A program made the position numbers and the translations under genes. The notes under the pieces were generated by a model. The model was not told where the DNA came from. It did no database searches and was given only the letters and a program-made list of their open reading frames with translations. Below are positions 35,156 to 45,386 of a DNA stretch of 61,280 nt, piece after piece. Positions within the stretch are counted from its first letter, which is position 1. Each line of letters opens with the position of its first letter. This stretch comes from an uncultured delta proteobacterium (lineage in GTDB: Bacteria > Desulfobacterota > Binatia > Bin18). The stretch covers positions 1-61,280 of the forward strand of contig CAVTCR010000029.1 of assembly GCA_963733195.1 (NCBI GenBank), written 5' to 3'.

Positions 35156-35770
35156 ATGAAGATCACTGTGTTTAGCGATTACATCTGCCCATTCTGTTAC
35201 ATCGGTGTAGTAACCCTGAAACAGATACAACCAGATGTCCCGCCGTTCACTCTAGAGTGGAAGGGCTTTCAGATTCACCCGGAATACCCAGCCGCTGGCA
35301 TTCCAGTCGAGCAGCGTATGGCCCAGATCGGTCGGGAACGTTACGAAATGATCTGGAAGAATATTCTTTCACTTGCCGAAACTGTCGGACTCACCATACG
35401 CCGTCCTTCTGTCTTGACGAATTCTCTCATGGCGCTGGAGGCAACCGAGTACGCAAAAGAACAGGGCAAAGGAGAACCTTTCTCACAGGCAGTATACGAA
35501 GCCTATTTTCAAGAAGGACAAAATATCGGTGATCTTGATGTCATTCGTACGTTAGCGCGAGAGAATGGACTCGATAGTAATGCGGTGGCAACTCATCTTC
35601 AAGAACGCACCTACGCTCCACGTCTCGAGGCCGCACGGCAAGAGGCCCGCACACGAGGTGTTTCTGGCGTACCGACGTTCATCATTGGTCCGGCGCAGAT
35701 AGTCGGAGCCCAACCCCGCGAGACATTTGTCTCAATGCTCAATCGTGTTGCCGAGCGAGGATTAGCCTAA
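35156..35770 (+). CDS. DsbA family (FrnE-like) oxidoreductase
   Basis: SDYICPFCYIG, GVSGVPTFII, GAQP. Confidence 0.9.
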   Translation: MKITVFSDYICPFCYIGVVTLKQIQPDVPPFTLEWKGFQIHPEYPAAGIPVEQRMAQIGRERYEMIWKNILSLAETVGLTIRRPSVLTNSLMALEATEYAKEQGKGEPFSQAVYEAYFQEGQNIGDLDVIRTLARENGLDSNAVATHLQERTYAPRLEAARQEARTRGVSGVPTFIIGPAQIVGAQPRETFVSMLNRVAERGLA

Positions 35771-35774
35771 GCAC

Positions 35775-36455
35775 ATGATTCGTGGATTGATCTTTGATTT
35801 CGACGGACTGATCCTCGATACCGAACTTCCAGGCGTCCAGTGCTGGCAAGAGATCTACCAAGAGTACGGCTGTACCTTTCCTGCTTCGGCCTACGCAAAT
35901 AGCATTGGGACGTTACCGCGTTCGTTTAACGTGTATGATCATCTCGAAGCACAGATTGGTCGCCCACTCGATCGGATCGCGCTTCAGCAGTGGCGATTGC
36001 AACGCTGTACCGAGTTGATTGAACAACAGTCAGTCTTGCCAGGGGTGGAAGACTACCTCAGGGAAGCAAAACAACGTGGCTTGAAGGTTGGAATCGCCTC
36101 AAGCTCCTCCCGCGAATGGGTCGCCGGGCATCTCGAACGGTTGGAACTGCTGTCGCTCTTCGATTTTCTCTCATGCGGTGATGCAGTTGCTGCAACCAAG
36201 CCACACCCAGAGTTATATCTTATAGCGCTGTCATCCTTACAGCTTTACCCCTATGAAGCCATTGCCTTCGAGGATTCGCCCCACGGTGTCACCGCCGCCA
36301 AAGCCGCCGGCATTTTTTGTGTGGTAGCTCCGAATAACGTGACACGGCAGCTGTCGCTTGCACACGCGGATTTGCAGCTCTCTTCACTCGCAGAGATGCC
36401 GTTCGCACAGATCCTGGAGATCGTACAAAAAAAGTGGGCGTCGGTTAAAACGTAG
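35775..36455 (+). CDS. HAD family hydrolase (subfamily IA)
   Basis: FDFDGLILDTE, IASSS, KPHPELY, FEDSPHG. Confidence 0.92.
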   Translation: MIRGLIFDFDGLILDTELPGVQCWQEIYQEYGCTFPASAYANSIGTLPRSFNVYDHLEAQIGRPLDRIALQQWRLQRCTELIEQQSVLPGVEDYLREAKQRGLKVGIASSSSREWVAGHLERLELLSLFDFLSCGDAVAATKPHPELYLIALSSLQLYPYEAIAFEDSPHGVTAAKAAGIFCVVAPNNVTRQLSLAHADLQLSSLAEMPFAQILEIVQKKWASVKT

Positions 36456-36498
36456 AACACACTATCTGTTTGTCATAAATGGTGGGAGTGTACTGAAG

Positions 36499-36684
36499 CT
36501 AAATCGAACGACAGAAGACTTCGTACACTTTCACCTACAGTATAACACTTTCCCGCTCGTCCTGAGCCCTTCGACGGAGCCTGTCCTGAGCCTGTCGAAG
36601 GACTCAGGATAAACTACGCGCAGCGAAGTCGAAGCATGAACGGTCTTGGTAGCCAGTGCGCCAATGTCGTGTGGTTCGATTTAG
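36499..36684. mobile_element. MITE-like element with CTAAATCGAAC terminal inverted repeats enclosing a nested REP
   Basis: CTAAATCGAAC at 36499-36509 and GTTCGATTTAG at 36674-36684; internal CCTGAGCCTGTCGAAGG and GAAGTCGAAGCATGAACGG. Confidence 0.6.
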
Positions 36685-36830
36685 GCTCTTCAACAGGTTC
36701 TGGACCGGCTTGCCACTGCGCCGATTCTCGCCGTCGATGATAAGTGAGGGTAATGGCATTAGATTTGCTCGGACTTAGAACTGAGCTTCTTTTAGCTTGC
36801 AAGTGGATACATGCTGAAAGGAGAGCAGTT

Positions 36831-37109
36831 ATGGAACGGAAGGAACACCAGGCTGAACAGTTAGAGATATTAGCACGAGAAACTGCTCTCAAGAGCAATT
36901 GTGAGGCCGTAGAATGGTGGCGGGATAAAGACGACCCGCGACGCCTTATTATTAAAGCGAAAGCGCGTCGCGGAAAGAGAAAATCATTCTTTGTTATGCT
37001 TCAAGCCGTGGTGCCTCAGCAGACCAAACCGTACCTAAAAAAGCCCCAAAAAAGTCTCAACTTTTCGGTGCAGAAACCATTCCGACTATGTTTGCTCCAG
37101 AGATTATAA
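36831..37109 (+). CDS. Hypothetical basic protein
   Basis: ATG preceded by AAGGAG; 92 aa; no recognised motif. Confidence 0.4.
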   Translation: MERKEHQAEQLEILARETALKSNCEAVEWWRDKDDPRRLIIKAKARRGKRKSFFVMLQAVVPQQTKPYLKKPQKSLNFSVQKPFRLCLLQRL

Positions 37110-37290
37110 GCGTACGTACCAGAAGGGCAAGTGATGGAAATAAATACAACCTGTGACTGGATTGCATCATCCCACTATTGAGACAGTTTTCGTGTAAACT
37201 GCAAATTCAGAAGTCAACGAAAGCACGCTCAGACGCAATTCGTTTGCTACTTTGAAACCTTGTCTCCTGACACAAGATAGGAGATATCTA

Positions 37291-38613
37291 ATGCTCGCAA
37301 TCATCACTTTTCCTTTGTTCGCTGTCTTATTAATGTTGAGTCTCACCAGCTGTAGCGAAAAAGCGACATTATCAGAGAGCGCAGGTACCGGCCCCCAACC
37401 GACGCTACCGGCGCCAAACCCCACACTTATTCCCACCGTTGATATTGCTCCGGCAAAGGGTTGGCCCGCCGGTGCGACACCGACTGCTGCCGCGGGCCTT
37501 TCAGTGAGTGCTTACGCGACCAGCCTTGATCATCCCCGATGGCTCTATGTTCTTCCTAACGGTGACGTACTTGTCGCCGAGACTAATGCCCCGCCCAAAC
37601 CCGAGGATGGCAAAGGCATCAAAGGCTGGATCATGAAGCTAGTTATGAAGCGCGTAGGTGCGGACGTTCCAAGCGCCAACCGCATCACGCTGCTGCGCGA
37701 CGCCGACGGGAATGGTACCGTGGAAACGCGAACAGTTTTCCTGCAGGGGCTAAATTCACCCTTCGGCATGACGCTCGTTGGCCGTGCCCTGTATGTTGCC
37801 ACCACCGATGCGGTTGTGCGCTTCCCTTATAATGACGGCGAAACGCAGATTACCGAGCCCGGAGTAAAGATAGTTGATCTACCCGCAGGCCCGATCAACC
37901 ATCACTGGACCAAGAATATTATCGCGAGCCGTGACGGTTCGCGTCTTTATGTAACGGTTGGCTCGAACAGTAATGTGGGCGAAAACGGTATGGAGAACGA
38001 GGATCGTCGCGCCGCCATCCTCGAAGTCGATCCGGCAACAGGTCGTACGCGGGTCTTCGCCTCAGGCTTGCGTAACCCGAACGGGCTCGCTTGGCAGCCG
38101 CATAGCGGCGCGCTCTGGACTGCTGTCAATGAACGCGACGAGATCGGCAGTGATCTCGTTCCCGACTATATGACGACAGTGAAGGACGGCGGCTTTTACG
38201 GCTGGCCCTACAGTTATTACGGCCAGCATGTTGACGTGCGGGTGAAGCCGCAGCGTCCTGATCTGGTTGCCCAAGCGATCGTGCCAGATTATGCGCTCGG
38301 CGCACATACAGCCTCGCTTGGACTTACCTTCTATGAAGGAAAGTTCTTGCCGGAACGGTATGTGGGCGGGGCGTTTATTGGTCAGCATGGCTCATGGAAC
38401 CGCAACCCGCTGAGTGGCTATAAGGTGATTTTTGTACCGTTCGCCGACGGTCGCCCGATCGGAGCACCCGAGGACGTGCTCACCGGGTTTATCAATGCGG
38501 ACGGCGACGCACATGGCCGTCCGGTTGGCGTGGCGGTTGACCGAGTGGGCGCGCTGCTTGTCGCCGATGATGTTGGCAACACTGTGTGGCGGGTGACGCC
38601 CTCTGTGGGGTAA
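37291..38613 (+). CDS. Glucose/sorbosone dehydrogenase family lipoprotein
   Basis: Lipobox-like LTSC; [51 protein letters not shown]. Confidence 0.9.
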   Translation: MLAIITFPLFAVLLMLSLTSCSEKATLSESAGTGPQPTLPAPNPTLIPTVDIAPAKGWPAGATPTAAAGLSVSAYATSLDHPRWLYVLPNGDVLVAETNAPPKPEDGKGIKGWIMKLVMKRVGADVPSANRITLLRDADGNGTVETRTVFLQGLNSPFGMTLVGRALYVATTDAVVRFPYNDGETQITEPGVKIVDLPAGPINHHWTKNIIASRDGSRLYVTVGSNSNVGENGMENEDRRAAILEVDPATGRTRVFASGLRNPNGLAWQPHSGALWTAVNERDEIGSDLVPDYMTTVKDGGFYGWPYSYYGQHVDVRVKPQRPDLVAQAIVPDYALGAHTASLGLTFYEGKFLPERYVGGAFIGQHGSWNRNPLSGYKVIFVPFADGRPIGAPEDVLTGFINADGDAHGRPVGVAVDRVGALLVADDVGNTVWRVTPSVG

Positions 38614-38615
38614 TG

Positions 38616-38777
38616 TCGTAGGGCTCGTCCTTTATACAGACAGTAGCCTAAATCCCTCTGAGCGGCGGCATCATTGAGAAGTGCTGCGACACCCAGCAAC
38701 CACTGGTATCGAAACAAGTCTTTCTTCACGCCAATGCCGTCTCGGTACATTAACGCCAAGTGATACATGGCTGACAC
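38616..38777 (-). pseudogene. SEL1-like repeat fragment
   Basis: AMYHLALMYRDGIGVKKD and AAAQRDLGYCLYKG; the frame runs into the antisense of the neighbouring gene. Confidence 0.45.
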
Positions 38778-38989
38778 ATAGGTGATGCGATTGCTCGCAT
38801 GTACGTGTAGGGAATGGTCGACCCACCTGCATAGGTCACTTGCGTGCGGCGGTTGAGGCCGTCATAGGTTACATTGGTGATTTGACTCTTGCGGTCGGTA
38901 GTCGATGAGGTACAATCCCGCCGCTCTGCTAATAATGACTACGCTGGAATGGAAATCGTAGAGCGAAAGAAGTAACCTGCAAGCTTGCT

Positions 38990-40345
38990 ATGTCTCAACA
39001 ACTCTCGATCTCACACGTTGAACAGACGAAGACAGAGTCAACTTCCTCCATGCTTTCGTCTGCCTATCGAAGTTATGCCTTAGGACTGCTCGTCGTTGTC
39101 AACGTGTTCAACTATCTCGACCGGCAGATTCTCTCGATTCTCCTAGAGTCGATTAAGCGAGACTTGCAGCTTTCCGACACGGCGCTCGGTTTTCTGACTG
39201 GCATTGCCTTTGCCTTGTTCTATACATTTGCCGGGATCCCCATTGCGCGCTGGGCGGATCGAGGAGTGCGTCGCACGATTATGGCGCTCGGGCTCGCGAT
39301 CTGGAGTGGCATGACTGCTCTCACCGGGATGGCACAGTCGTTCACACAACTGGCACTGGCTCGGATTGGTGTTGGCGTCGGTGAGGCCGCCTGCTCGCCC
39401 CCCGCGCATTCTCTTCTTTCCGATTACTTTCCCCCTGAACGCCGGGGGACCGCATTGTCTATTTTCTCACTCGGTGTTCCTATCGGCATTATGATCGGCT
39501 ATTTGGTGGGCGGTTGGATCAATCAGTATTTCGGCTGGCGTACAGCATTCTTTGTCGTCGGATTGCCGGGAGTAGTGCTCGCCTTGGTAGTACGGTTGAC
39601 CTTGCGTGAGCCGCCACGCGGACACTCGGAAGGTCTGCAGACGAGTATGTCGGCCACCCCGGCAGACTCCTTCTCTGATGTGTTGCGGTTCATGTGGCAA
39701 CTGCGCTCGTTTCGTCACTTGTCTCTCGCAGCTGCGCTCCACGCCTTGTATGGCTACGGAGTTCTTGCCTTTATGCCAGCCTTCATGATGCGCGTGCACG
39801 GCATGACCAACACTGCCGAGCTTGGATTGTGGCTGGGGTTAATCGCCGGAGTCTTTTCTGGAATCGGCACCTTTCTTGGTGGAACCTTGGGAGATCGTTT
39901 CTCGGCGCGGAGACAAGACATGCGCTGGTATCTGTGGTTACCAGCGTGGGCAACGCTTGTGAGTGTCCCGTTCTCGTGTCTGTTTTACTTGTGGCCGGAT
40001 GGACGAACTGCGTTGTTACTCAGCATTCCTGCTGCCGTCCTTGGTCCAACCTATATTGGCCCGACGATGGCGATGACCCAAGGGCTGGTGAAATTACAAA
40101 TGCGAGCAACAGCTTCGGCAATTCTATTGTTCATCCTTAACCTGATCGGCTTGGGCTTAGGACCGCAAGCCGTGGGCGTACTTAGTGATCTGTTGGCTCC
40201 GACCTACGGCACACAGTCGATTCGTTATGCGTTGTTGTTCGTCGTCGTCACTGGTAGTGTGTGGTCGTCGCTGCATTATTTCTTGGCAGCACGAACACTT
40301 CGAGAGGATCTCAAAGTGACTTCCTCCCAACCCAAAGGTCCGTGA
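38990..40345 (+). CDS. MFS transporter (spinster-like)
   Basis: NYLDRQILSIL, IARWADRG, GEAACSPPAHSLLSDYFPPERRG; about 12 TM segments. Confidence 0.9.
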   Translation: MSQQLSISHVEQTKTESTSSMLSSAYRSYALGLLVVVNVFNYLDRQILSILLESIKRDLQLSDTALGFLTGIAFALFYTFAGIPIARWADRGVRRTIMALGLAIWSGMTALTGMAQSFTQLALARIGVGVGEAACSPPAHSLLSDYFPPERRGTALSIFSLGVPIGIMIGYLVGGWINQYFGWRTAFFVVGLPGVVLALVVRLTLREPPRGHSEGLQTSMSATPADSFSDVLRFMWQLRSFRHLSLAAALHALYGYGVLAFMPAFMMRVHGMTNTAELGLWLGLIAGVFSGIGTFLGGTLGDRFSARRQDMRWYLWLPAWATLVSVPFSCLFYLWPDGRTALLLSIPAAVLGPTYIGPTMAMTQGLVKLQMRATASAILLFILNLIGLGLGPQAVGVLSDLLAPTYGTQSIRYALLFVVVTGSVWSSLHYFLAARTLREDLKVTSSQPKGP

Positions 40346-40475
40346 ACATGTATCGCACAGGCGATAGGTGCGGGTGAAGGTCAGAGGAATCACATCCGAG
40401 AGGAAACCTAAAAACAACCTTACTCATGCAATGCAGATCACTAAACGTAGGAAAACTATCTCCCCGCACGTTCCT

Positions 40476-41054
40476 TTACTTTATCCGCCGCAGCGCTTTG
40501 TTCACTTTCTCCAATTCAAACGTTTCAGGATCAAACTTCTCGCCAAGCCATTCTACCATCTCCTCATGCTCTGGATGCTCTGGGTCATTGATCACGGCAA
40601 TCAGATTCGCATACCCCCATACTCCCCCACAGTCCTCTGGCGGACAGGCTCGTTTGCCGTCCAGACAAGTAGGATACTTCACTCCTTGTTCTAGTGGAAG
40701 AATTTTCTCCAAGACAATCTCATGCTCCCAACTGTCGCCGAAGTCGTATTCATATGTAATTTTTGCCTTCGGTTTGGTCAGGGCTTCTCCAACAGTGATC
40801 TTATCTTCAGCCTTTGTCTCGGTGGTTCCATCGAAATCATCAGGATAGGAGGAGCCGTAATAGGTCTTCCCTACCTTGAATTGATGCATATGGGAATTCT
40901 CCCAGCCCATCACTATTTGCATCAACGAATGCAGGTCGCCTAATGTCATTTGACTAGACACTTGTACACGCCGCCAGACCGGAGGTGCCAAACCATTCAA
41001 GGTGATTTTAAGTTGATAAATCTGTGTATCTGCGGATTCTTTTTTCGTAGCCAT
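40476..41054 (-). CDS. Plasmid pRiA4b ORF-3 family protein
   Basis: YQLKITL..PPVWRR, GWENSHMHQF, YEYDFGDSWEH, CPPEDCGG. Confidence 0.88.
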   Translation of the reverse strand: MATKKESADTQIYQLKITLNGLAPPVWRRVQVSSQMTLGDLHSLMQIVMGWENSHMHQFKVGKTYYGSSYPDDFDGTTETKAEDKITVGEALTKPKAKITYEYDFGDSWEHEIVLEKILPLEQGVKYPTCLDGKRACPPEDCGGVWGYANLIAVINDPEHPEHEEMVEWLGEKFDPETFELEKVNKALRRIK

Positions 41055-41111
41055 AGGGCTTCTCCTCTTTTCTTGGCATATACTACGAAGCAAACGAAAG
41101 GAACTGTTATC

Positions 41112-41552
41112 ATGGCATCAAATATTTCCCCAAAACTGAGTGAGCAAATCGTACAGAATGCCCAAGAAGCGATTATCTATGCCGACCGTGCAGGCATCAT
41201 CCAACTCTGGAATACAGGAGCTGAAGTCATGTTCGGCTTTACAGCCGAGGAAGCGTTGGGCAAGAATTTGGATCTGATTATTCCAGAGCGCCAACGCCAA
41301 CGCCATTGGGACGGCTATGAAAGGGTGATGGCGACCGGCGAAACTCGTTACGGCAAAGAGTTGCTCGCGGTTCCAGCCCTGCACAAAAACGGTACGCGTA
41401 TTTCGCTGGAATTCTCTATTGTCCTTGTGCGTGATGAAACTGGTTCCCCTCAAGGAGTGGCAGCGATTATGCGTGATGTGACCGCACGACGGCAACAGGA
41501 ACAGGAAGTGAAGCAGCGGCTTGCGGCATTAGAAGCAAAAGGCAAGGCTTAA
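41112..41552 (+). CDS. Stand-alone PAS domain protein
   Basis: IIQLWNTGAEVMFGFTAEEALGKNLDLIIP, HWDGY, AIMRDVT. Confidence 0.85.
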   Translation: MASNISPKLSEQIVQNAQEAIIYADRAGIIQLWNTGAEVMFGFTAEEALGKNLDLIIPERQRQRHWDGYERVMATGETRYGKELLAVPALHKNGTRISLEFSIVLVRDETGSPQGVAAIMRDVTARRQQEQEVKQRLAALEAKGKA

Positions 41553-41625
41553 GTATGAGGATTGCGAAGTATCTAAGTTCACCTCTCCTTTGAGGGGTTG
41601 ATTTTTACCAAGAGAAGGGATGAAA

Positions 41626-41744
41626 CGTCATTCCCGCACAGCTTGTCCCAAGTCCTACTGGGACCTGTCCCAAGTCCTACTGGGAGCGGGAATCCAGTTT
41701 CTGCTCCTGGATTCCGGGTCTCGCGTTACTCGCCCGGAATGACG
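41626..41744. repeat. CGTCATTCCCGC..GCGGGAATCCAG..GGAATGACG REP-like element containing a duplicated 20-bp hairpin
   Basis: TGTCCCAAGTCCTACTGGGA at 41644-41663 and 41666-41685. Confidence 0.7.
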
Positions 41745-41902
41745 AGCTGCCACGCGTATCTGGATTGAGAATTTTGTCTCTAAGCGGCAACGTCCTTTTC
41801 GTGTGCATAGCACACGCAACGGCTACGGCTGCTCAGATGCTCAGACTCCTAGACTCTCAGACTCTAGACTCTCTTTCCCCCATCTCGCTATAGTACCGTC
41901 CT

Positions 41903-43051
41903 ATGGCAACAACAACTGACGTCGTAGTCATTGGTGGTGGGGTCGTAGGGTCAGCGATCGCCTATGAACTCACCAAACAACAACAACGAGTGATCCTGGT
42001 CGAGAAAAACCAACCCGGACAAGAGGCCTCAGCCGCGGCAGCTGGTATTCTCGCCGTCGCTAGTGGACGCTCGAAACGCGGGCCGATGTATCAACTCAAA
42101 CGCGCCGGGCAAGATTTGTATCCCGCGCTGGTACGAGAGTTAGAAGAGCAGACCGGGATCGATATTGAATACCAAACTGTTGGCGTGCTTGATCTCATTC
42201 GCAACGACGCCGACGAGAAAAAATATCACCAGCTCTATGAACTGCGTCGAGCGCAAGGCTACTCAGCGACGTGGCTTTCGGCAGACGAAGTCCGGCGTCT
42301 AGAACCAACATTGACCACCAACTTACGTGGCGCTGTCCACTTCCCTGGCGATCACCACTTACATAACGGAAAATTAGCAGAAGCCTGGGCCAAGGCGGCA
42401 GCTCAACGTGGCGTTGATGTCCGCGTTGGTGTCACCGTTAATGAAGCTCGTATGACCGGTGGAAAAGTTTCCGCCGTGCGAATTGGTGACGACTGGGTGG
42501 ATGTGCGTACGGTCGTCATCGCTGCAGGTTCGTGGTCACGGCAAGTCGGTGACGTGTTTGGTCTGGCCATTCCTGTTGAACCTGCAAAAGGGCAAATGCT
42601 AGCCGTGCATGCGCCACAACTGCGGTATGTGGTCTCTTGGGATGACCATTATCTCGTCCCGCGCAAAAATGGCGAAGTAGTCATCGGTTCAACGGTAGAG
42701 TTCGTTGGTCACAATAAGGATGTCACGTTGGAAACACTGCGGTCGCTGATTACCCGTGCCGAGGATCTTGTCCCTGGCATTGGCAAAGCACCACTCAGCC
42801 GCTTCTGGGCGGGGTTGCGCCCCTACTCTCCGACTCGTCGACCGATTCTCTGCCGTGCACCAGGTCTCGATAATATCGTTCTTGCTACTGGCCATCATCG
42901 CAACGGTATCGTTCTCGCGCCGATCACCGGGAAGCTGATCTGTGAGTTGATTACCACCGGGCAGACATCGATGTCGCTGGAACCATTCGCTCTGCCTCGT
43001 GAGCCACTGCCACCACCACCAGCAGATGAATCGCCAGATGAAGCGGATTAA
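41903..43051 (+). CDS. thiO: Glycine oxidase ThiO-like FAD-dependent oxidoreductase
   Basis: GGGVVG, ASAAAAGIL, PAKGQML, WAGLRP, TGHHRNGIVLAP. The symbol is tentative because no other thiamine genes are adjacent. Confidence 0.7.
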   Translation: MATTTDVVVIGGGVVGSAIAYELTKQQQRVILVEKNQPGQEASAAAAGILAVASGRSKRGPMYQLKRAGQDLYPALVRELEEQTGIDIEYQTVGVLDLIRNDADEKKYHQLYELRRAQGYSATWLSADEVRRLEPTLTTNLRGAVHFPGDHHLHNGKLAEAWAKAAAQRGVDVRVGVTVNEARMTGGKVSAVRIGDDWVDVRTVVIAAGSWSRQVGDVFGLAIPVEPAKGQMLAVHAPQLRYVVSWDDHYLVPRKNGEVVIGSTVEFVGHNKDVTLETLRSLITRAEDLVPGIGKAPLSRFWAGLRPYSPTRRPILCRAPGLDNIVLATGHHRNGIVLAPITGKLICELITTGQTSMSLEPFALPREPLPPPPADESPDEAD

Positions 43052-43052
43052 C

Positions 43053-43120
43053 TAGGGGCTAGGGATTGGGAGTTAGGGGTTAGAGAAAACCAGCCCCCAG
43101 CCCCTAACCCCCAACACCTA
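43053..43120. repeat. Inverted heptamer array (TAGGGG / CCCCTA)
   Basis: CTAGGGGCTAGGGATTGGGAGTTAGGGGTTAG ... CCAGCCCCCAGCCCCTAACCCCCAACACCTA. Confidence 0.6.
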
Positions 43121-43131
43121 AGGAGAGAATC

Positions 43132-44322
43132 ATGGCTGGCCCACTCACAGGAATGCGCGTCATGGATTTTACCCGCGCGCTTGCAGGACCGCATTGCACC
43201 TTGCTGCTGGCCGACATGGGCGCAGAGGTCATTAAAATTGAACGGGTGAATGGCGGGGACGAAGTCCGCCGTATGGGACCGCCGTTTATCAACGGTGAGA
43301 GCGCGGCGTTCATGGCAAGCAACCGCAATAAGAAAAGTGTGACCGTTGATCTCAAAGATCCGCGTGGACAAGAAATCTGCAAACGTCTCGCCATATGGGC
43401 GGATGTATTGGTGGAGAATTTTCGTCCGGGCGTGATGAAAGGGCTTGGGCTTGATTATCACACAATGTCGCAAATCAATCCGCGCCTCATTTACTGCTCA
43501 ATCTCCGGCTTCGGGCAGACCGGGCCGATGGCCAACCAAGGTGGGTACGACACTGTCGCCCAAGGTATGGGCGGCATTATGATGGTCACCGGAGTACCCG
43601 GCGGTCCGCCGGTGAAAGCCGGAGTTCCGATCATCGACCTCGGCACCGGCATGTTCGGTGCTCTGGGCGTGCTGGCGGCGTACATCGCCCGAGAAAAGAC
43701 CGGTGAAGGCCAACATATAGATGCCTCACTATTAGATACTTCTGTTGCCTTGGGTCTTATTGACGGTAGCGATTATCTCGCTAGTGGGGAGCTGCCTATG
43801 CAGTTGGCTTCGGCCCATCGCCGCATTGCGCCCCATGGTGCATTCAAGACCAAGGATGGCTACATCACGATAGCTGCGGATTCAGCACCACGCACGTGGA
43901 AGACACTCTGTGGGATTCTCAGCAAGCCGGAAATGGAAACACATCCGCAGCTTGCCGATAACACCCTGCGGCGCAAGAATCTCCCGTTTTTAATCGAACA
44001 GATCGAAGCGGCAACGACGCAACGGGAGAGCGGGCACTGGTTGGCACAGTTACAAGCGGTTGGGATTCCGTGCGGACCAGTGAATAACTATGACAAAATG
44101 TTCCAGGAACCACAGGTGCTGGCTCGTAATCTCCTCGTCGAGAACGTTCATCCCAAAGCTGGGCGTGTCCGCATGGTCGGCAAACCGATGAAATTCTCCG
44201 CTACACCAGCCACCGATCTCATCCCCTCTGCCGCACTCGGAGAACACACGGACGCGATTCTGCGTTCGCTTGGTTACACAGAGGAAGAGGTTATGCAGTT
44301 TAGAAGGAATGGAATCATTTAG
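43132..44322 (+). CDS. Class III CoA transferase (CaiB/BaiF)
   Basis: PLTGMRVMDFTRALAGP, NRNKKS, ENFRPG, ISGFGQTGP, PIIDLGTG. Confidence 0.92.
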   Translation: MAGPLTGMRVMDFTRALAGPHCTLLLADMGAEVIKIERVNGGDEVRRMGPPFINGESAAFMASNRNKKSVTVDLKDPRGQEICKRLAIWADVLVENFRPGVMKGLGLDYHTMSQINPRLIYCSISGFGQTGPMANQGGYDTVAQGMGGIMMVTGVPGGPPVKAGVPIIDLGTGMFGALGVLAAYIAREKTGEGQHIDASLLDTSVALGLIDGSDYLASGELPMQLASAHRRIAPHGAFKTKDGYITIAADSAPRTWKTLCGILSKPEMETHPQLADNTLRRKNLPFLIEQIEAATTQRESGHWLAQLQAVGIPCGPVNNYDKMFQEPQVLARNLLVENVHPKAGRVRMVGKPMKFSATPATDLIPSAALGEHTDAILRSLGYTEEEVMQFRRNGII

Positions 44323-44335
44323 GCAGGAAAAAACA

Positions 44336-44364
44336 TTGCACCTCGAGCAGCGCTGTGTCATACT
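44336..44364 (+). promoter_or_regulatory. Putative sigma70 promoter of the CDGSH gene
   Basis: TTGCAC-17 nt-CATACT with extended -10 TG. Confidence 0.45.
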
Positions 44365-44422
44365 CCGGCCTGCAAGGGCAGTCGCAAGGTAGGATATTTT
44401 CCCGCAACGAAGGAGGAAGGTT

Positions 44423-44626
44423 ATGGCAGATGTTATAATTCGTGCTTTGAAGAATGGCCCCTATGAGGTCTCTGGTGGAGCAACCGTGACCGACCAAAAA
44501 AAGAACCAATATACCGGGCAAGCAGATCCTATCGATCTGTGCCGCTGCGGACAGTCGGCAAACAAACCGTTCTGCGATGGGACCCACACCAAAATCGGAT
44601 TCAAGGCTGAAGAGACGGCGAGCTAA
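44423..44626 (+). CDS. CDGSH iron-sulfur domain protein
   Basis: NGPY and LCRCGQSANKPFCDGTH. Confidence 0.92.
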   Translation: MADVIIRALKNGPYEVSGGATVTDQKKNQYTGQADPIDLCRCGQSANKPFCDGTHTKIGFKAEETAS

Positions 44627-44638
44627 ACGCGACTAGTC

Positions 44639-45259
44639 TTATTTGTTCACAGCCTCGGAGGTTTCTTCCGGGGCTTTTTTTTGTTCATGCGCAGGCAATT
44701 GAGAAGTCAGTACCTGCACCGCCCGTACGCCTGTCCCATACCGATAGACAAGTTCCCCACCAAGGTATCCTTGGACCAGCAGGCCAATCAGCCCGACACC
44801 AGAGAGTAGGACAAAAAAAAGTGGAAGTCGTTCGTGAATCCCAGAGCGGAAGATTGCGAGGACGAGAAAAAATCCTGCCAACGCGTAGCCCCCATATTCG
44901 TGGTAGAAGAGAATATTCTGGCTATGAGTATCAAATGCACTCGGTGGCCGCGGCAGTTCATGCTCGATCCAACCGCTCAGGGCAGCAAGGCCCAGTGCAA
45001 CGACACCGGCAAAGAAGCAGATTTTACCAGCTTGTTGCCACGCCAGCTGTTCACGCAAGCTTCCCAACCAGTCGAAGACACAACCAAAGCAGGTGAGTGC
45101 AATCGCGAAGTGAACGGCAATGGGATGAAAAATGAAGAGAGCCCCTTCTTCGAGGGGCGGTACTGGTACGTCATCCTGGGCTAACGCTGCTCCACGAAAA
45201 AGACAAAAGGCAAAAGGTAAAAGGTAAAAAACTGGGGAAGTCCAAGGCCTAAAGTCCAA
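44639..45259 (-). CDS. DUF2231-like membrane protein
   Basis: FHPIAVHFAIAL, HE, QGYLGGELVYRYGTGV. The start is uncertain because the N-terminus overlaps heptamer repeats. Confidence 0.7.
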   Translation of the reverse strand: MDFRPWTSPVFYLLPFAFCLFRGAALAQDDVPVPPLEEGALFIFHPIAVHFAIALTCFGCVFDWLGSLREQLAWQQAGKICFFAGVVALGLAALSGWIEHELPRPPSAFDTHSQNILFYHEYGGYALAGFFLVLAIFRSGIHERLPLFFVLLSGVGLIGLLVQGYLGGELVYRYGTGVRAVQVLTSQLPAHEQKKAPEETSEAVNK

Positions 45260-45332
45260 GGTCCAAGGTCCAAAATCATCACATGAACCTTCTTCCTGAT
45301 TTAGACTCTGAACTCTGAACTCTGAACTCTAG
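45197..45332. repeat. Three different heptamer arrays (AAAAGG-, TCCAAGG-, ACTCTGA-type)
   Basis: CAAAAGGCAAAAGGTAAAAGG; TCCAAGGTCCAAGGTCCAA; ACTCTGAACTCTGAACTCTGAACTCT. Confidence 0.65.
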
Positions 45333-45386
45333 GTTACTGCTAGCTTCTCCGTTCATTCGTATGCTACAAAAAGTGTTATCTCGACT

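Noticed and set aside
40476-41054. Plasmid or mobile element implied by the pRiA4b ORF-3 family name
   Set aside because: The family is common on chromosomes; no replication, integrase or transfer genes are nearby.
41644-41685. 20-bp palindromic direct repeat as a CRISPR array
   Set aside because: Only two copies separated by 2 nt, no spacers and no cas genes; it lies inside a REP-like shell.
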